Positions 59,183-64,000 of a stretch of DNA of 64,000 nt are shown here, in pieces. Positions within the stretch are counted from its first letter, which is position 1; every line of letters begins with the position of its first letter. Under the pieces are notes generated by a model, which did not search any database, was not told the DNA's origin, and worked only from the letters and a program-made list of their open reading frames with translations. Location of the stretch: the NCBI GenBank assembly GCA_963770565.1, contig CAVYQE010000011.1:512001-576000 (forward strand), read 5' to 3'. The position numbers were made by a program, and so were the translations under genes. The DNA comes from an uncultured Actinomycetota bacterium (GTDB lineage: Bacteria > Actinomycetota > Actinomycetes > JAFAQI01).

Positions 59183-61881
59183 GGCAGGGCCGCCCGCAGG
59201 CTGGCCGCGTCGGTGCGTTTCGCGGTGTAGGAGCAGATCGCGATCTCGGCCACCAGCGCGGGGATCAGCGCGATGGTCACCGCGATGAAGGCCGGCGAGA
59301 TCGGTAGCGGCAGCAACGGCGACGGTACGGCGCCAGCCGCAGTCTGCGGAATGAGCCGAGCGGACAGGTGGGCAGTGGCGATTCCGCAGACGAGGGCGGC
59401 GACCGCGGCCGCTCCGAGTCGGGCGGACGCTGCGGCCGTGCGGCCGCGGACGATCGTGCTCCTGGACACCCCGGCCGAGGTGAGCGCGAGCGCCTCGGTG
59501 CGCTGCCGGCTCGCGGCGGCGACGCTGGTGCCGATCAGCAGCGCGATTGCGAGGATCGCCGCTATGACCGCGACCGCGAGGTATCCCGAGAGCCCGGCCG
59601 TCTCGGCGCTGCGCTCGAGGACTTGAGTCACCTGGTTGCGGGTGGTGATCCCGGTCACGATCAGGCCCTGGGCGCGCAGCCGGGCGAGCGCGTTCGCGGG
59701 CGCCTTCGCACCCAGCCACACCTGATTGGACAGCTGCGTGGTGCCGAGCCGGGCTTCGGGGATCGGCTTCGCGACCGCGATGATCGAGCTGAGGTCGGCC
59801 ATCGCACCCTGGTCGAGCAGTTCGGGCAGGACCGATGTCTGGCGCACCTGCATCCGCGCCAGCGGCTCGTTGTCGAGACCGAAGGTGGAGCCGTCGACCG
59901 GCCCCGCGGTCAGCAACGGCAGGGCGAGCCGGGCCACGCCGCTCGGCACATGGAGCAGGTGCTCCACTCCCTTCGGACCCAACCCGTCGATCCGCCGGTG
60001 CCAACCCGCGACCGCGGCCAGCCTGGTGGTGTCGATCGCGAGAGTGCGCTGCGCCTCGGATCCGAGCGGAGCGAGCAACTCGGCAGCCATCGCCCAGCGC
60101 CCGTTGGGATCGGCCGCGTCGACCGCGGCGATCAGCGACTTGCCGGGCGGCACTGCCACGGTGGCCACGGTCGGTGCCCCGACGATCAGGCCGGCCCGAT
60201 CGGTGCGGTCGCTGGCCGCGCCGCGGCTGACCGTCACCGCGAACGCGAGCAGGCTGAGTGCGAGCGCGACCATCGCGGTTACCCGCCAGGCCGCGCGGTC
60301 GCGCCGCAGCTCGCGGATCGCGAGGAATCGGGCGAGATCGCGCGACTCCGCGGTCGACCGAACCGCGGAACGCAGCAGCGCCGGGACCAGCCTGCCGAGC
60401 GCAAGGCCGGCGGCCAGACCGGTCAGCGAGGGGGCGAGCAGCGACCACGGCGTCGACGAGCTGCCCGAGTGGGTCGAGAACAGCTCGATCAGGCCCGCCG
60501 CAGCGAGCGTGATCGCGATGACGTCGATCCAAGCCCCACCGCGCCCGCCCGCGGATCGGGCGTCCTCGGCGAGTTGCTCGGCCAGTGGCCGCGATGCCAC
60601 GACGAATCCGACTACCACGGTCACCACTGCGGAGATCGCGGTCACGATGAGTGCCGCGGCGACCGAGCTGTCCGTGAGGTGCACCGGCGTACCGGGTCGC
60701 AGCCACAGGTGCGAGGCGATCACCGCCAGTGGCGCGCTGACAAGCAGGCCGGGTATGACGCCGACCAGGAGCAGAAGCACCGGCTCGGCCGCGATCGAGA
60801 AGGCGGTCGCTATCGGCTGCCGGCCTTGCAGGGTGGCGATCACGAGCTCGGGCCGGCGCCGGTCCATGCTCGCCGCCAGGATCGCGATCAGCACCAGTCC
60901 CACCAGCAGGAGCAGCTGGAGTTGGGCGAGCGTGACCAGGTGGTCGAGCTGGACCCGATCGGCCGCGTCGGCGTGCAGCAAGGCCGGGATCGAGGTGAAG
61001 ATCGAGATGTTCTCGGCCCGGTTGGCGTTCAGGCTCGCGATCGCGCTCTTGACCCCGGCCAGCTCCGCCGGGGTGGCATGGCTCCAGTCGAACGGTTGGT
61101 CCACCGTCACGTTCGCCCGGTACGGCGGTGGGAGGCCGACCAGCGTGGCACGCGGTACGAGTGCGGTCACCGTCGAGACCTGCGTGCCGTCACCGCTGAC
61201 GATCGGTGCGCTGATGTTCTTGCCGAACCAGTACGTCAGCTGGCTCGGCGGGACGGTGAAGAAGCCGACGATCCGTTCGTGCAGCTCGTAGCTCGAGGCG
61301 TCGAAGTGCGGATTCCCCGGGACGGTCTGGTCATTGATGTTGGTGACATCGCCGAACACCGGCCGGTCGAGACCCGACGCGACGATCGGGCCGCCGACCG
61401 TTGCGGACAGGACCTGCGCCGCGCTGACCGGTAGCGCGATCTCATGCGGTCCGGTTGGGCACCGCCCCGACGTGAACGTGACGTGTGCGCAGTCGTCCTG
61501 CCGCCACTCGAGCGCGGCGTACTCGACGAACTTGCCCGGCACCTGCAGCTGTGTGGTCGTGCCGCCGACCGACAAGCCGCGGATCACCGCACTCGACAGC
61601 GGCAGGCGCGGCACTCGCTTTTCGAGGATCTCGTCCGGTGAGTCTCCCGGCCAGGACGCGCCGGCCACCTCGACACCTGAGGCGTCCACCGACGCGCCGG
61701 TCATCCGCGCGCGCAGCGCCGAGATCGCTGCGGCAGAGCGGTAGGTCGGTGCGACCGCGGCGGCCGCGCAGGCAGCCATCGCTACCACGACGATGAGCAG
61801 GGCGATTCCGCGCCGGTAGAGCACGCCGCGAAGCAGGAGGCGAAGGACCGCGCCGATGCGGCGTCGACCCTGCATTGCCAT
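59179..61881 (-). CDS. Large FtsX/MacB-like ABC permease
   Basis: Multiple TM clusters separated by large extracytoplasmic domains; RRPELVIA..QG and RQRTEALAL..G motifs. Confidence 0.8.
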   Translation of the reverse strand: MAMQGRRRIGAVLRLLLRGVLYRRGIALLIVVVAMAACAAAAVAPTYRSAAAISALRARMTGASVDASGVEVAGASWPGDSPDEILEKRVPRLPLSSAVIRGLSVGGTTTQLQVPGKFVEYAALEWRQDDCAHVTFTSGRCPTGPHEIALPVSAAQVLSATVGGPIVASGLDRPVFGDVTNINDQTVPGNPHFDASSYELHERIVGFFTVPPSQLTYWFGKNISAPIVSGDGTQVSTVTALVPRATLVGLPPPYRANVTVDQPFDWSHATPAELAGVKSAIASLNANRAENISIFTSIPALLHADAADRVQLDHLVTLAQLQLLLLVGLVLIAILAASMDRRRPELVIATLQGRQPIATAFSIAAEPVLLLLVGVIPGLLVSAPLAVIASHLWLRPGTPVHLTDSSVAAALIVTAISAVVTVVVGFVVASRPLAEQLAEDARSAGGRGGAWIDVIAITLAAAGLIELFSTHSGSSSTPWSLLAPSLTGLAAGLALGRLVPALLRSAVRSTAESRDLARFLAIRELRRDRAAWRVTAMVALALSLLAFAVTVSRGAASDRTDRAGLIVGAPTVATVAVPPGKSLIAAVDAADPNGRWAMAAELLAPLGSEAQRTLAIDTTRLAAVAGWHRRIDGLGPKGVEHLLHVPSGVARLALPLLTAGPVDGSTFGLDNEPLARMQVRQTSVLPELLDQGAMADLSSIIAVAKPIPEARLGTTQLSNQVWLGAKAPANALARLRAQGLIVTGITTRNQVTQVLERSAETAGLSGYLAVAVIAAILAIALLIGTSVAAASRQRTEALALTSAGVSRSTIVRGRTAAASARLGAAAVAALVCGIATAHLSARLIPQTAAGAVPSPLLPLPISPAFIAVTIALIPALVAEIAICSYTAKRTDAASLRAALP

Positions 61882-62043
61882 CCTCTCCTCGCCGTCAGGC
61901 GATCTTCAGCGACCCTCGCACGATTCACAAACCTTGGCACGCTAGCCCGCGGGCGCGCCCGGTCCGTGACGGGATTGTGATCGGCGCGTGCCGATGCCGA
62001 GCCGTTCGCGAGCCGTTGTGCGTGCCTCGCTACTGCTGACGGC

Positions 62044-63060
62044 TCACGAACTCGAGCCGATGCCCGTCCGGTGGGCGCCGGCGTGGATGGCCAGACGGAG
62101 TGCGCCGAGCACCAGCGCCTGTGCAGCGAAGCCGAGTAGGCCACTCCATTGGTAGCGGACGAACACGAAGACCTGGGTGAAGAGCAAGGTCACCAACGCC
62201 GAGCGGTACAGCACCCGCATCGCTTCCTGGATCCGCCCGCGCTGCATGAACCAGATGCCGACCGCGGCGTAGGCACCGGATACCGCGGTCGAGATCTCGG
62301 CGCCGAGGTCGGTCACGTGTGACCCGCGACCGAGGCCGATGTCCGGCCGCAAGATCACCAGCAGCAGCTGGGCGACCATCCCGATGACCTGGAGGACGAC
62401 GAGCACTCGCAAACCCGGGACGAACGCCGGGTGGTCGACCGCCTTTCGGGCGAGGACGAGTAGTCGCTCGCGCACCCGGGTGGCGCGGGTCAGCGGGCGG
62501 ATGTTGGCGCTGTCAGCGCCGGTGAGGCAGTTGCGGATGCCGGTGGCGAGCGGGCTCGGGGCGGCGTCGTCGAGCAGACCGAGGGCGTACTGCTGGCCGG
62601 CGCTGTCGAGCTGGCCGAGGGCCAGGTCTCCGGCTGCGGCTGCGGCGATCGCCAGCCGGCGGGGATCGGTCATCGGCCGCCGGAGCGCCAGCTCCCGGAC
62701 AACGACATAGAACAGCACGAAGACCGCGTAGATGATGGCCACCGCTGGCCGGAAGAAGTAGTTGACGTCCTTGGTCAGAAACTTGCCGACCTCGTCGATG
62801 AACAAGCCGAAGCCGATGCCGCCAATGAAGGCCGCATGCACCCTGGCCCTCGTGCCAGGGGCGATCTCCACGGTCACGATCGCGGCGCCCATCAGCAGTC
62901 CGCCATACAACACGTGCGCGACGTGCAGGCCGTTGCCGCCCACCTGCGGATAGCCGGTGGCGGCCAGAGCGGACCGTACGACGAGGACGGTCGCGACCGC
63001 GGTCCCGAGGAACAGCTCGAAGCGAGCCAGCGCCTGGGAGTCGCGAAGGTCGTGTCGCAT
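62044..63060 (-). CDS. Conserved membrane protein
   Basis: TGYPQVGGNGLHVAHVLYGGLLM, GFGLFIDEVGKF, several TM helices. Confidence 0.75.
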   Translation of the reverse strand: MRHDLRDSQALARFELFLGTAVATVLVVRSALAATGYPQVGGNGLHVAHVLYGGLLMGAAIVTVEIAPGTRARVHAAFIGGIGFGLFIDEVGKFLTKDVNYFFRPAVAIIYAVFVLFYVVVRELALRRPMTDPRRLAIAAAAAGDLALGQLDSAGQQYALGLLDDAAPSPLATGIRNCLTGADSANIRPLTRATRVRERLLVLARKAVDHPAFVPGLRVLVVLQVIGMVAQLLLVILRPDIGLGRGSHVTDLGAEISTAVSGAYAAVGIWFMQRGRIQEAMRVLYRSALVTLLFTQVFVFVRYQWSGLLGFAAQALVLGALRLAIHAGAHRTGIGSSS

Positions 63061-63106
63061 GACGCGACCGTAACGAACGTCGAGCCGATCCGAGCGCGAT
63101 CAGCGC

Positions 63107-64000
63107 TTAGAAGACCACCACGGAACGCAGCACGTCACCTTTGTGCATCTTGTCGAAGGCAGCCTCGACGTCGTTGATGCCGATGGTCTCCGAGACGAAC
63201 TTCTCCAGCGGCAGCCGACCGGACAGGTGCAGGTCGACCAGCATCGGGAAGTCGCGGCTCGGCAGGCAGTCGCCGTACCAGGAGGACTTCTGCGACCCGC
63301 CGCGGCCGAAGATGTCGATGAGCGGCAGCTCGATCGTCATGTCCGGTGTCGGTACGCCGACGAGGACGACGCGCCCGGCCAGGTCGCGGGCGTAGAACGC
63401 GGCCTTGTAGGTGTCGGGGCGCCCGACCGCCTCGATCACGACGTCGGTGCCGAGCCCGTCCGTGATCGCGTGGACTCCTTCGACGATGTCGGTGGTGCGC
63501 GAGTTGACCGTGTGAGTGGCGCCGAATCCCTTCGCCCACTCGAGCTTGCGGTCGTCGATGTCGACCGCGATGACGGTGCGGGCACCGGCGATCGACGCGC
63601 CCAAGATTGCCGCGTCACCGACGCCGCCGCACCCGATGACGGTCACGGTCTCGCCGCGGCGAACCGCAGCGGTGTTCAGCGCGGCACCGAGCCCGGCCAT
63701 CACGCCGCACCCCAGCAGTCCGGCCACCTCGGGACGGGCCGCCGCGTTGACCTTCGTGCACTGGCCGGCTGCGACCAACGTCTTGGTCGCGAACGCGCCG
63801 ATCCCGAGCGCGGGGGACAGCGGCGTACCGTCGGTCAGGGTCATCCGCTGCGTGGCGTTGTGGGTGGCGAAGCAGTACCAGGGCTCGCCGCGCGAGCAGG
63901 CCCGGCATTGGCCGCACACGGCCCGCCAGTTCAGGATCACGAAGTCGCCAGGCGCGACGTCGGTGACGCCCTCGCCCACCGCGGACACCACGCCGGCCGC
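63107..64000 (-). CDS. mscR: S-(hydroxymethyl)mycothiol dehydrogenase / S-nitrosomycothiol reductase (5' part outside window)
   Basis: [55 protein letters not shown]. Confidence 0.88.
   Translation of the reverse strand, partial: AAGVVSAVGEGVTDVAPGDFVILNWRAVCGQCRACSRGEPWYCFATHNATQRMTLTDGTPLSPALGIGAFATKTLVAAGQCTKVNAAARPEVAGLLGCGVMAGLGAALNTAAVRRGETVTVIGCGGVGDAAILGASIAGARTVIAVDIDDRKLEWAKGFGATHTVNSRTTDIVEGVHAITDGLGTDVVIEAVGRPDTYKAAFYARDLAGRVVLVGVPTPDMTIELPLIDIFGRGGSQKSSWYGDCLPSRDFPMLVDLHLSGRLPLEKFVSETIGINDVEAAFDKMHKGDVLRSVVVF

Overview
High-GC actinobacterial chromosomal window, supported by mycothiol-linked enzymes and the Nif3 / Zn-ribbon / RNase H-phosphatase cluster near rnpB. Core genes include a partial HelD-like helicase, pntAA-AB-B, korAB, beta-PGM plus GH65 phosphorylase, rnpB, the ppk1-CYTH/CHAD-mutT1 operon, mgsA, a KdpDE-like pair opposite a KimA-like transporter, an ABC/GH114 operon and a partial mscR/adhE2. 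The strongest finding is an ~8.4 kb integrative mobilizable element inserted in the 3' end of the RNase P RNA gene. It has a 26-bp att duplication (21551-21576 / 29967-29992), AGTCCGCG arm-type repeats at both ends, a frameshifted tyrosine integrase, an excisionase preceded by a 12-bp-period repeat array, a DUF433/DUF5615 toxin-antitoxin pair, a MobF relaxase-helicase and an orphan Imm1-like gene. The second is a NarL-type two-component system whose kinase membrane domain is a 73-aa identical copy (5 differences, all synonymous) of a small membrane protein encoded just upstream. Regulatory motifs visible in the sequence: a LexA box plus PafBC-type promoter on a DUF222-HNH gene, a PHO box upstream of ppk1 and KdpE-type repeats. 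All product calls come from motif recognition by eye; no database searches were run.
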